The notes under the pieces were generated by a model. The model did no database searches, had not been told where the DNA came from, and saw only the letters and a list, made by a program, of their open reading frames with translations. A program made the position numbers and the translations under genes. Positions 26,283 to 34,975 of a stretch of 64,000 nt of DNA are shown piece by piece; within the stretch, counting starts at the first letter, position 1, and every line of letters starts with the position of its first letter. Origin of the DNA: an uncultured Atopobiaceae bacterium (GTDB taxonomy: Bacteria > Actinomycetota > Coriobacteriia > Coriobacteriales > Atopobiaceae); NCBI GenBank assembly GCA_947626465.1, contig CANQSI010000001.1, positions 17,253 through 81,252 on the forward strand. Direction: 5' to 3'.

Positions 26283-27800
26283 GTGAGCGGGGCAACGCAG
26301 AACCCTCGAGATCCGAACCAGAGGAAGCCCGAGGGAAGCTTCACGCAGGGAAGCCAGTTCAGGCGCGGCGAGAGCGGCAGGCTCGTGACGCGCTCGCAAG
26401 GCGGCGCCTATACATCGCAGGGCTCGAGCCAGGGGTATGCGAGCGCGAATCCGCGCCAGGCCCACGCGCGTGCCAACGGACAGCGCCCCTCCGCCGCGCA
26501 CGCCCGCGCGAACACGCGACCGAGCGCGCAGCGCGCGAGGCGGGGGTCTCGGCAAAGCGGCTATGCGCAGCGCCCCCAGCTCGAGCAACCCATCATCACG
26601 AACCGTGCCGAGGGCTACCAGACGCGTGCGCCACACCAGCGCCCCGCGAGGAAGCGCTCGAAGGTGCCGGTCGTCGTGGGCATCCTCGCCGCCGTGGCAA
26701 TCCTCGTAGGCGTGGTCTACTTCCTCTGGGCAACCTTTGGCGTGATGAACGTCACCGTCAACGGAGTCGAGCTCACGCTGAAGCCCGGTACCACGGTGGA
26801 GGGGGTCGTGGAGGAGGGACACGCGTCGCCTACGCCGGGAAACCTCCTCGCGATCGATGGCAGCCTGCTTGAGCAGGGCGCCGGGCAGCCCTTCACTGCG
26901 ACGGTCGACGGCGAAGCGGCGGACGGGCAGACGGTGCTCAAGAACGGCAACGTCGTGCAGATCTCCGACGGGGGCGACACCACCGAGGAGACCACGACAG
27001 AAGAGGTGAGCATCCCCTTCGGAACCTCGAGCTCGGACACCTGGGGCGCGATCCACGTCTACTCGCAGGGAACGGACGGCGTCATGCAGCGCGTGACGGG
27101 CACCCGTTCGGGAATCGTGCAGGAGACCGTCCTCCAGGCGCCCGTTGACGCCGGCTACGTGCAGTACAACGCCGATACCGGCGACGACAAGGTGGTGGCG
27201 CTCACCTTCGACGATGGCCCCTGGGACACCACCACGCAGCAGATCCTCGACATCCTGAAGGAGAACGGCGCCGTGGCCACGTTCTTCACCATCGGCAACC
27301 AGATCGCTGGCCATGAGGACCTCGTGAAGGAGGCCGTGGCGAACGGCAACGAGGTCTGCACGCACACGTGGGACCACGCGGACGGCTCCGGGCAGGGCGT
27401 GAACCTCACCTACATGAGCCCCGAGGAGCAGATCAACGAGGTCGAGAAGGGGCGTCAGGCCATCACCGACGCCACCGGCCAGGAGGCTCCCACGGTTATC
27501 CGTTCGCCGGGTGGCAACTTCTATGGCGACACGATCCAGATCCTCGAGCCGTACGTGACGGCGGAGATTAACTGGAACATCGACACCGAGGACTGGAAGC
27601 GCCCCGGGGTGGACGCCATCGTGGCGCAGATCGAAAGCGCGCAGCCGGGCGACATCATCCTCATGCACGACGGGGGCGGCGACCGCTCGCAGACGGTCGA
27701 GGCGCTCTCGATCGCGCTGCCCTACCTGAAGGAGCAGGGTTTTTCCTTCGTGACCATCGACCAGCTGCTCCAGTACCCGATTCCGAGCGTGCAGGAATAG
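26283..27800 (+). CDS. Polysaccharide deacetylase (NodB homology domain) with a disordered N-terminus and one TM
   Basis: NodB motifs VALTFDDGPWD and CTHTWDHAD, and a C-terminal IILMHDGGG. The TM is VPVVVGILAAVAILVGVVYFLWATF. The start is uncertain: GTG 26283 has GGGAGA 5 nt upstream, and ATG 26217 is an alternative. The ORF-track start at 25953 would overlap the pepC start and is rejected. Confidence 0.82.
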   Translation: MSGATQNPRDPNQRKPEGSFTQGSQFRRGESGRLVTRSQGGAYTSQGSSQGYASANPRQAHARANGQRPSAAHARANTRPSAQRARRGSRQSGYAQRPQLEQPIITNRAEGYQTRAPHQRPARKRSKVPVVVGILAAVAILVGVVYFLWATFGVMNVTVNGVELTLKPGTTVEGVVEEGHASPTPGNLLAIDGSLLEQGAGQPFTATVDGEAADGQTVLKNGNVVQISDGGDTTEETTTEEVSIPFGTSSSDTWGAIHVYSQGTDGVMQRVTGTRSGIVQETVLQAPVDAGYVQYNADTGDDKVVALTFDDGPWDTTTQQILDILKENGAVATFFTIGNQIAGHEDLVKEAVANGNEVCTHTWDHADGSGQGVNLTYMSPEEQINEVEKGRQAITDATGQEAPTVIRSPGGNFYGDTIQILEPYVTAEINWNIDTEDWKRPGVDAIVAQIESAQPGDIILMHDGGGDRSQTVEALSIALPYLKEQGFSFVTIDQLLQYPIPSVQE

Positions 27801-27828
27801 CGCACCTCCACCAGCCATCGCAATAATG

Positions 27829-27864
27829 CGCCTCCCGAGCCCCTGAGAGCCCGGGAGGCGTTTT
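27829..27864 (+). terminator. Intrinsic terminator after the deacetylase gene
   Basis: CGCCTCCCG-14 nt-CGGGAGGCG followed by TTTT, 29 nt after the stop, in the convergent gap. Confidence 0.6.
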
Positions 27865-27893
27865 CGTGCGAGACGGCTATGGGCGGACGAATC

Positions 27894-29246
27894 TTAGAAG
27901 TGCGTCCACGGCTGATGCGGGCGGCTCTTGAGATAGCCTTCCTGCCAATTCCATTGGGGATGCGCCTCGAGGAAGGCCTCGGCGTCGAAGGGCACGCCGT
28001 CTGCGCGACCGAAGCGAGCCCACATCGCGACGTTGTCGATGTCCGTGGCCTCGGCGCACTTTCCGTCCACGGAGCCCGCCGGATAGAACGGGATGTTCCA
28101 CACGGCGCCGGGATCGTCTGCGAAGTACTGGGGATCGGCGTCGTAGTGCGCGCATATGTTCCTCGAGGACGGGCAGTCGTAGCCGAGGTAGGGGTCGAAC
28201 GTGTCCGCGAGCACGAGCTTCGCCTGCTCCGCGTCCATCTTTCCCCTGAGGCCGGGGATGATCTGCTGGAAGCGCAGGCGCCGCGCGCCGGTCTGCTGGC
28301 GCGGGTCGTTGTAGCCGTTGTCCACGCACTCGAGGTTGCGCACGCGCGGGTCGTCCGCGGCGTTGCATCCGAAGAGGAAGCCGTCCTTGGTGCGCACGAG
28401 CTGCTGGAACTGGAGGCCCTGCTCATAGCGCGCGACCTCGCCCGTCTTCGCGTCCGCTACGAACCAGATGTTCGCGTAGCCGCCGTTGTTGCCGCGCTCG
28501 ATGCGCTCCACGAACTCGTCGATGGAGTTGGCGAACTGTGCCGCATCGCGCGCACGCACGTACTCGGGGGTCTTGGTTTCGTCGTAGCCGCGGAAGCCCG
28601 CGATGGTCGTCTCCGTGATGGCGATGCCTCCGGAGGTGACGTAGAAGTCCATCATCGAGGCGATGTAGCCGGGAACCGTCTGCATGATGAAGCGATTGCC
28701 CTCTTCGGGATCCACCTCTTCGATCACGTTGAAGTTCTGGCCCGCCCAGAAGTCGTCGAAGGCCTCATGGGCGATTACCGGACGCCCGTCTTTGGTGTAG
28801 GAGCCGGTGGCCACGAAGCCCGAGCAGTGGGAGCCCTTCGGGCCCGTCTTCGGGGGATTGTTCGCGTACTTCTGCGCGACGAGCGGCCACCAGTAGTCCG
28901 TGAGCTCCATCCACGCGTTCCAACCGATCACGCCGTCGAGGTCGATGGGACAGCCGTTGTCGGAGGCGCCTTCGGCGATGCCGCGCATCTCCTCGAGCTG
29001 CCAATCGGGGATCTTGTCCTTGTGGAGCTTCACCGCGCTCTCCACGAAGAACGAATAAGGCATGCCGAAGGTCTGGAGCGTCATGTAGTCGTAGACGCGA
29101 AGGGCCTCGGCGAGGGCGTCGGCCAGAAGGTAACCGTGCTGGTATCCCAGCTCGTAGGGGGTGCCGGAGACCTTTACGTGGTGCCAGCCGTTCACGTCTT
29201 CTCGGGATGCCTTGGCAAGGATCGCCTCATGTTCTGCATCAAGCAT
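27894..29246 (-). CDS. Ntn-hydrolase superfamily protein, peptidase C45 / phospholipase B-like
   Basis: ATG at 29246 preceded by GGAAAGGA, 450 aa. The candidate self-processing nucleophile is Cys141 (PKGSH-CSGFVATG) after an N-terminal propeptide-like segment. The downstream pattern (GGYANIWFVAD, AGSVDGKCAE, ARFGRADGVPFD) recalls C45 acyltransferase / PLB-like proteins. No signal peptide. Confidence 0.65.
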   Translation of the reverse strand: MLDAEHEAILAKASREDVNGWHHVKVSGTPYELGYQHGYLLADALAEALRVYDYMTLQTFGMPYSFFVESAVKLHKDKIPDWQLEEMRGIAEGASDNGCPIDLDGVIGWNAWMELTDYWWPLVAQKYANNPPKTGPKGSHCSGFVATGSYTKDGRPVIAHEAFDDFWAGQNFNVIEEVDPEEGNRFIMQTVPGYIASMMDFYVTSGGIAITETTIAGFRGYDETKTPEYVRARDAAQFANSIDEFVERIERGNNGGYANIWFVADAKTGEVARYEQGLQFQQLVRTKDGFLFGCNAADDPRVRNLECVDNGYNDPRQQTGARRLRFQQIIPGLRGKMDAEQAKLVLADTFDPYLGYDCPSSRNICAHYDADPQYFADDPGAVWNIPFYPAGSVDGKCAEATDIDNVAMWARFGRADGVPFDAEAFLEAHPQWNWQEGYLKSRPHQPWTHF

Positions 29247-29461
29247 ATTTCGTCCTTTCCCACGCCACGATGCCTCCCGCGCCCTGCTTCCTAGGGGCTC
29301 TTTCCCCTGCGAGGCGTTGGGCGCAGGGATGGAGTGGCAAACGTCACGAGAACTTCTCAAAAAGGGCACGGAGCCGCGTCTTCATCCGAGCATGTTCACG
29401 CGCGCGCGAGTTTCATGCCACACTATCCGCGTGGGAATGAAGCTCGTTCGAAGGGTTCTCC

Positions 29462-30109
29462 ATGCCTTTCAAGAAGCACAAGGAGAAGGCCGAGGAAGCA
29501 GCTGCGGCGGCCAACCAAACGCATAAGAAGCATCATTTCGACGCCGTCGAGGATGTGTCGAGCGAAGAGGACCTCGAGAAGCATCGTCGCACGTACCGTC
29601 TCTTCGACACGTCGGTGGAAGTGCGCACCGATCAAGGCGATCGCATGTGGGAGGTGGCGATCGAAACGGCGCTCATCGAGCGTATGGGAGCCAACAACAC
29701 TGGCTACATCGCGCAGGTGTGCCCTGCGGCCGACTACAACAAGTTCGTGCTCTCGGCGCGCGGGGAGAACTTCTTCGGATGCTCGACCGACATCACGACG
29801 CTTCCGTACTTCGACGTGTACTACGACCGCGCAACGCGCCTCTATGCGGCGCACCTCGCCAACGCCCACTACGGCATGCCCCTCTCGGTCTTTCGAAGGG
29901 GCTACGAGCGCAGGATGCGCGAGATGCCGCTCGAGCGCACGGAGCTCGAGGCCACCCTCGAGGAGCGCATGAACGTCATCCTCAAGGAGACGAAGGAAAC
30001 GTGGAAAGAGGACTGCGAGAAGTATCGCAGCCGCTACGGGGACGTCTACGCCGAGGTCTTCGGGCCCGATGCGCCTCCTCCCTCGCCCCACGCCGCTGAA
30101 CTCGAATAG
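29462..30109 (+). CDS. Hypothetical protein (215 aa, soluble, Lys/His-rich N-terminus), no recognisable family
   Basis: ATG with GAAGGG 6 nt upstream. GC3-rich, host-like codon usage holds throughout. It is followed after 6 nt by the next gene. I recognise no motif. Confidence 0.6.
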   Translation: MPFKKHKEKAEEAAAAANQTHKKHHFDAVEDVSSEEDLEKHRRTYRLFDTSVEVRTDQGDRMWEVAIETALIERMGANNTGYIAQVCPAADYNKFVLSARGENFFGCSTDITTLPYFDVYYDRATRLYAAHLANAHYGMPLSVFRRGYERRMREMPLERTELEATLEERMNVILKETKETWKEDCEKYRSRYGDVYAEVFGPDAPPPSPHAAELE

Positions 30110-30115
30110 GACACC

Positions 30116-31378
30116 ATGGCAAAGAACAAGAAGAAGCGCGCCCGGCGCATGCCCAAGATGCCGGAGCGCGAGCTCCATGTAGATGACATCCAAGAACTCG
30201 AAGGCGGCGCGCTCCTCTCCACCGAGGACACCGCCGCCGCCCTCCGCACGTTCCAGGACGATCTCGAGGAGGCGAGGCGCGAGGGCATCGTCCCAAAGCC
30301 CTCAAGCGAGACGGAAAATCCCTCGTTCATGGATCAGTTCGCCCGCAACGGCGCAGAGAAGCACGAGGTCTTCCGCTACATTCGCGACCACACGGGCGAC
30401 GTGCCGAACGAGGATGCCGACGACTGGATCCAGACGTTCTACGTGGCCAAGGTCCAGGGAACGAGCGTGGCGTTCTTCATCGCGCTCATCCTCTCCGTGG
30501 GTGGCGTCATCATCGGCAACTTCCGTGGCACCGCCACCATCGGCATCGTCATCTCGTGGATGCTCTCGTTCGTGCTGCTTGCGGCCATCATCGTCTTCGT
30601 GATGGTGTGGTTCATCGGGAGGCGCGTGTACCCGAAGATCGCGATCATGCTCGATGCCGGGCGCGATCCCGAGACGTATTGCATGCGCTACCTCGCCTAC
30701 CTCCGCGAAAAGAACACGAAGGACGTGCTTGAGGCCATCGCGAACTACTCGCGAGGGCTTCGCTGGCAGGGTCGCTGGAAGGATGCCACCGAGCTCTTCG
30801 ACAGCTACATCGCAGACTACGGCATGCTCGGTGATGCCCGCGCGCAGTACCTGCACCACCAACTCCTCGCCTGCTGTGCGTTTGACCGCGGGCGCCTCCA
30901 AACCATGCAGGCGGAGATCGCCTACATGAAGAGCGTGCCCACCGCCGATCTCGATGAATCCCTCACGTCGTCCATGGACACGCTCGTAAAGCTCGAGCAA
31001 CTGCTCGAGCTCGAGCGCGATGGCAAGAAGCGCGAGGCCTATGAGCTCGTCGAAAGCTTCTTCTACAGCTCGGAGAACGTGCTTCGCGTGGCGCTCGCGC
31101 TCCATCTCGGCACGAACTCCGACAACCGAAACGACGCACTCGAGTGGATCAACTTCGTCGTGCAGATGGGCGTCACCACGTGGTGCGTGAAGCGCGCGAA
31201 GGCCATTCGAAACTCCGGGCAACTGCAAAAGCTCCCCGCGGGCGAGAGCCGTTTCGGCAAGAACGCGCGCGAGCGCAGACGCGATGCACGCGAGAAGAGG
31301 AAAGCCGAGCGTGCGCGCCTCGCCGAGCTCGCCGACGCCGAGACCACCGTGGAACACGAGGCGCAGATCCCCCGCTAG
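30116..31378 (+). CDS. Hypothetical membrane protein (420 aa): basic N-terminus, 2 TM helices, helical-repeat C-terminal domain, Arg/Lys-rich tail
   Basis: Starts MAKNKKKRARRMPK. Hydrophobic helices lie at about aa 117-135 and 139-167 (nt 30464-30616). The C-terminal ~200 aa are all-helical and TPR-like, and the protein ends RFGKNARERRRDAREKRKAERARLAEL. Codon usage is host-like. Confidence 0.6.
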   Translation: MAKNKKKRARRMPKMPERELHVDDIQELEGGALLSTEDTAAALRTFQDDLEEARREGIVPKPSSETENPSFMDQFARNGAEKHEVFRYIRDHTGDVPNEDADDWIQTFYVAKVQGTSVAFFIALILSVGGVIIGNFRGTATIGIVISWMLSFVLLAAIIVFVMVWFIGRRVYPKIAIMLDAGRDPETYCMRYLAYLREKNTKDVLEAIANYSRGLRWQGRWKDATELFDSYIADYGMLGDARAQYLHHQLLACCAFDRGRLQTMQAEIAYMKSVPTADLDESLTSSMDTLVKLEQLLELERDGKKREAYELVESFFYSSENVLRVALALHLGTNSDNRNDALEWINFVVQMGVTTWCVKRAKAIRNSGQLQKLPAGESRFGKNARERRRDAREKRKAERARLAELADAETTVEHEAQIPR

Positions 31379-31563
31379 GCGAGGGGAGTGGGCCCCATTC
31401 GCCGACGCGTGGAAACCGTTGCGGGACCTCCACAGGGAAAACACATATCTTTTGTGCCGCATGCGCGAAACTTCGATCGAGGCGCGCGCGTGCGTCCGAT
31501 GTTTCGCTCGACACATACGACCGAGAGTTCTCCTGCTCTTTCGACTCAGCACTCTCGGGAAGA

Positions 31564-31642
31564 GGTGAAGGCCCCGGGGACGGGGCCTTCGCCGTGTTAG
31601 CATTGGCGTTTGGCTTCACCGCATACGAAGGAGACTTCCGTG
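31564..31642 (+). promoter_or_regulatory. Structured ileS 5' leader element with mutually exclusive helices overlapping the Shine-Dalgarno region (riboswitch/T-box-like candidate)
   Basis: A perfect 10-bp hairpin forms from GAAGGCCCCG (31567-76) and CGGGGCCTTC (31581-90). Its 5' arm overlaps GGTGAAG (31564-70), which can instead pair with CTTCACC (31614-20). Its 3' arm CCTTC is complementary to the SD GAAGG (31627-31) just before GTG 31640. Confidence 0.4.
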
Positions 31643-34456
31643 GCAAACGAGTATCGCCAAACGATGAACTTGCCCAAGACGAGCTTTCCCATGCGCGCCT
31701 CGCTCGCAACGCGCGAGCCGGAGCGCCTCCATGCGTGGGAGGACGCCGGCGTGTACGAGCTCGCGCTCTCGCGCGCGAAGGAACGCGATGCGGAGCCGTT
31801 CGTGCTCCACGATGGGCCTCCCTACGCAAACGGGCCCATCCACCTCGGGCATGCGCTGAATAAGATCACCAAGGACATTATCAATCGCTATCAGATCATG
31901 CAGGGACGCGCCGTCACCTACGTGCCGGGCTGGGATTGCCACGGCCAGCCGATCGAGCACAAGGTGGAGGAAACCCTCGGCACCGAGAAGTTCAACGCCA
32001 CCTCCGCGGAGGAGATTCGCGCCATCTGCCGTGAGTTCGCCGTGGAGAACATCGACCTCCAGCGCCAGGGCTTCAGGCGCCTCGGCGTGCTCGGCGACTG
32101 GGAGCACCCCTATCTCACGCTCTACAAGAGCCACGACGCGGCCGACATCGAGATCTTCAAGCGCTTCTTCGAGCGCGGACTCATCTACCGCGGACGCAAG
32201 CCGGTGCACTGGTGCACGCACTGCCACACCGCGCTTTCCGAGGCTGAGATCGAATATGCGGACGTGGAGGGTCCGTCCATCTACGTGGCCTTCGAGCTGC
32301 GCGGAAAGCCGGCTGGCCTCGAAGGCTTCGATGGCCCCATCGACCTCGCCATCTGGACGACGACGCCCTGGACGCTTCCCGCGGATGGCGCGGTGGCCGT
32401 GAAGCCGGACGGGCGCTATGTGGCGCTCGCCCACGATGGGCGCGCCGCGATCGTGATCGAGGAGCTCGCGGAGAGCGTGGCCGAGCTCGCGGGATGGCCC
32501 TACGAGCTCGTCGCGGTGGACGGCGAGCCGTGGAGCGCGACGGGAGAGGAGCTCGCAGGCCTCGAATACACGCACCCCATCTTCGCTGATTACGACGGGG
32601 CGAAGGTCATCGTCGCGGACTACGTGGGCACCACCGAGGGCACCGGCCTCGTGCACATCGCACCCGGCCACGGCGCCGACGACTTCTACGTGGGTGTGGA
32701 AAACGACATCCCCGTGGTGAACCCGGTGGATGACGACGGGTGCTTCCTCGAGGGCGATTCCTTTGGCTCGGGCGGCCCGTGGTCTGGCCTCGAGGTGACG
32801 GACGCGAACCCGAAGATCATCGAATGGCTCAAGGTTCGGGGCACGCTCATCGCCTCGAAGAAGATCACGCACTCCTACCCGCATTGCTGGCGCTGCAAGA
32901 ATCCCGTGATCTTCCGTGCGACGAGCCAGTGGTTCGTCTCGATGGACGACACCGGGCTCAGGCAGCGTGCGATCGATGCGATCGATAGCGAGGTGAGATG
33001 GTATCCGGAGGCCTCGTCGAAGCGCATCCGCTCGATGGTCGAGGGGCGCCCCGATTGGTGCCTTTCGCGCCAGCGCGTGTGGGGCGTGCCGGTGCCCTCC
33101 TACACCTGCGCGCACTGCGGCGAGAAGGTGATGACGTCGGAGACGCTCGATGCGGTGATCGCGCTCTTCAAGGAGAAGGGCTCGGACGCGTGGTTCACCG
33201 ACGATCCCGCGAGCTACCTCGGCGATGCGTGCGTGTGCCCGCACTGCGGCTCGCACGAGCTCACGCCCGATCGCGACATCCTCGACGTGTGGTGGGATAG
33301 CGGCGTGTCGCACACCGCGGTCTTGAAGACCCGTCCCGAGCTCCAATTCCCGGCGGATCTCTACCTCGAGGGCTCCGACCAGCATCGCGGCTGGTTCCAG
33401 GCGGCGCTCCTCACCTCGATCGGCGCGTGGGATTGTCCGCCCTTCCGCGCGGTGCTCACGCAGGGCTTCACGCTCGATGGCCAGGGCCGCAAGATGTCGA
33501 AGTCGCTCGGCAACGTGATCGATCCGAACGAGGTCATGGCCACGATGGGCGCCGACATCATCCGCCTCTGGGTGGCCTCGGTGGACACCTCGCAGGACAT
33601 GCCCTGCGATGAGGAGATCCTCGCGCAGGTGTCCGATGCCTATCGCCGATTCCGCAACACGTATCGCTTCCTCTTGGGAGAGCTCGAGGATCAGTTCGAC
33701 CCCGCAAAGGACGCGCTTTCCTTCGACGAGCTCCTGCCCTACGACCAGCTCGTGCTCGCGCGTGCGGCTGAGGTGCACGAGGAGGTATCGCGCGCCTACG
33801 CGGACTTCCGCTTCAACGCGGTCTATCGCGAGCTCTACCGCTTCGTCACGACGGAGCTCTCCAATGGCTACCTGAATGCCACGAAGGATCGCATGTACTG
33901 CGAGGACGCGGATTCCTATGCGAGGCGCAGCGCGCAGACCGCCTGGGCGGAGCTCCTCGCGATGCTCGTCAGAGATCTCCAGCCCGTGCTCTGCTTCACC
34001 ACCGACGAGGTGCTCGAGCACCTGCCCGAGGGCATGCGCGAGGGCGTGGAGTACGCGGCGCTCCTCTCCTGGTACGAGAGCCCCGTGCCCGAGGGGGAGC
34101 GCGCGGCGCTCACCATGGTGTACCAGGATCTTCTCGCCATCAGGGCCGCCTATACGAAGTCCTATGAGGAGGCCCTCGCGGCGGGCGCGATCGCGCAGAA
34201 GACAACCCAGGCATCCCGCGCCCTCGTGCGCGCCCCCAAGGATGTGATCGAGAGGGTGCGCTCGCTCGAGGGCCTCGACGTCTCGGAGGTTCTCGTGTGC
34301 TCGGCGGTGTCCTTCGAGGAGGCGCCCGAGCTCGAGGTCGTCGTGGAGCCGGCGGAGGGTGAGCGCTGCGATCGATGCTGGATGTGGCGAGAGGTCGACG
34401 AGCACCACCTGTGCGCTCGCTGCCAAAGCGTCGTCGACGCGGAAAGGCGCGAATAA
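31640..34456 (+). CDS. ileS: Isoleucine--tRNA ligase
   Basis: GTG at 31640 after GAAGGAG, 938 aa. Class I motifs are present: HDGPPYANGPIHLGHALN (HIGH) and KMSKSLGN (KMSKS). The editing domain and a C-terminal zinc ribbon (CDRCW...CARCQ) are also present. Confidence 0.95.
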   Translation: MANEYRQTMNLPKTSFPMRASLATREPERLHAWEDAGVYELALSRAKERDAEPFVLHDGPPYANGPIHLGHALNKITKDIINRYQIMQGRAVTYVPGWDCHGQPIEHKVEETLGTEKFNATSAEEIRAICREFAVENIDLQRQGFRRLGVLGDWEHPYLTLYKSHDAADIEIFKRFFERGLIYRGRKPVHWCTHCHTALSEAEIEYADVEGPSIYVAFELRGKPAGLEGFDGPIDLAIWTTTPWTLPADGAVAVKPDGRYVALAHDGRAAIVIEELAESVAELAGWPYELVAVDGEPWSATGEELAGLEYTHPIFADYDGAKVIVADYVGTTEGTGLVHIAPGHGADDFYVGVENDIPVVNPVDDDGCFLEGDSFGSGGPWSGLEVTDANPKIIEWLKVRGTLIASKKITHSYPHCWRCKNPVIFRATSQWFVSMDDTGLRQRAIDAIDSEVRWYPEASSKRIRSMVEGRPDWCLSRQRVWGVPVPSYTCAHCGEKVMTSETLDAVIALFKEKGSDAWFTDDPASYLGDACVCPHCGSHELTPDRDILDVWWDSGVSHTAVLKTRPELQFPADLYLEGSDQHRGWFQAALLTSIGAWDCPPFRAVLTQGFTLDGQGRKMSKSLGNVIDPNEVMATMGADIIRLWVASVDTSQDMPCDEEILAQVSDAYRRFRNTYRFLLGELEDQFDPAKDALSFDELLPYDQLVLARAAEVHEEVSRAYADFRFNAVYRELYRFVTTELSNGYLNATKDRMYCEDADSYARRSAQTAWAELLAMLVRDLQPVLCFTTDEVLEHLPEGMREGVEYAALLSWYESPVPEGERAALTMVYQDLLAIRAAYTKSYEEALAAGAIAQKTTQASRALVRAPKDVIERVRSLEGLDVSEVLVCSAVSFEEAPELEVVVEPAEGERCDRCWMWREVDEHHLCARCQSVVDAERRE

Positions 34457-34459
34457 CCC

Positions 34460-34975
34460 ATGGCGATCGCCCGGTCAAAGGCCCGCCGCGAGGCGATCTT
34501 TAGCCTCGTGGCGCTGATCTGCATCATCGCCGATCAGGCCACCAAGGCGCTCGCGCGCGAATACCTCTCGCCGGGCGAGGCGGTGCCCTTCATACCGGGC
34601 GTGCTGAACCTGCAGTTCACCGTGAACACCGGGGCGGCATTTTCGGTGGGCGAGGGGCTCTCGTGGCTTTTCGCGGCGATCGCCGTCGTGGTGGTGGCGG
34701 CGCTCGCCATCACGCTTTGGAGAACGAGCGACGTGCCCATCTACCTCTGCGTATTTGCCGGCATCATCGCCGGTGGCGCCGTGGGAAACCTCATCGATCG
34801 CGTGGCTTCCGGCGGAGTCGTCGACTTCTTCGCGACCGCGTTCATGGACTTCCCCATCTTCAACGTGGCCGACGTCTGCATAGACGTGGGCGTGGTGCTC
34901 GGCTTCATCGGCTACGTCATCTGGGATAGGAAGCGTGCGGAGGGCGCAAACGCTCCGCACGAGGGCGAGGCGTGA
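34460..34975 (+). CDS. lspA: Lipoprotein signal peptidase (signal peptidase II)
   Basis: 171 aa with four hydrophobic segments. Conserved elements are NTGAAFS, GGAVGNLIDR and FPIFNVADVCI. It follows ileS by 3 nt, the conserved ileS-lspA pairing. Confidence 0.9.
   Translation: MAIARSKARREAIFSLVALICIIADQATKALAREYLSPGEAVPFIPGVLNLQFTVNTGAAFSVGEGLSWLFAAIAVVVVAALAITLWRTSDVPIYLCVFAGIIAGGAVGNLIDRVASGGVVDFFATAFMDFPIFNVADVCIDVGVVLGFIGYVIWDRKRAEGANAPHEGEA

Noticed and set aside
31379-31404. The hairpin GGCGAGGGG-agtggg-CCCCATTCGCC right after the stop of the 420-aa hypothetical gene, as an intrinsic terminator.
   Set aside because: It has no U-tract and contains a bulge and a wobble. It may be part of the ileS leader or an inefficient terminator. 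Evidence is insufficient for a feature call.
31379-31640. Calling the ileS leader a canonical T-box riboswitch outright.
   Set aside because: By eye I could not locate the conserved T-box sequence with a UGGU bulge, or a convincing specifier loop with AUC. It is therefore reported only as a structured leader candidate pending a covariance-model search.
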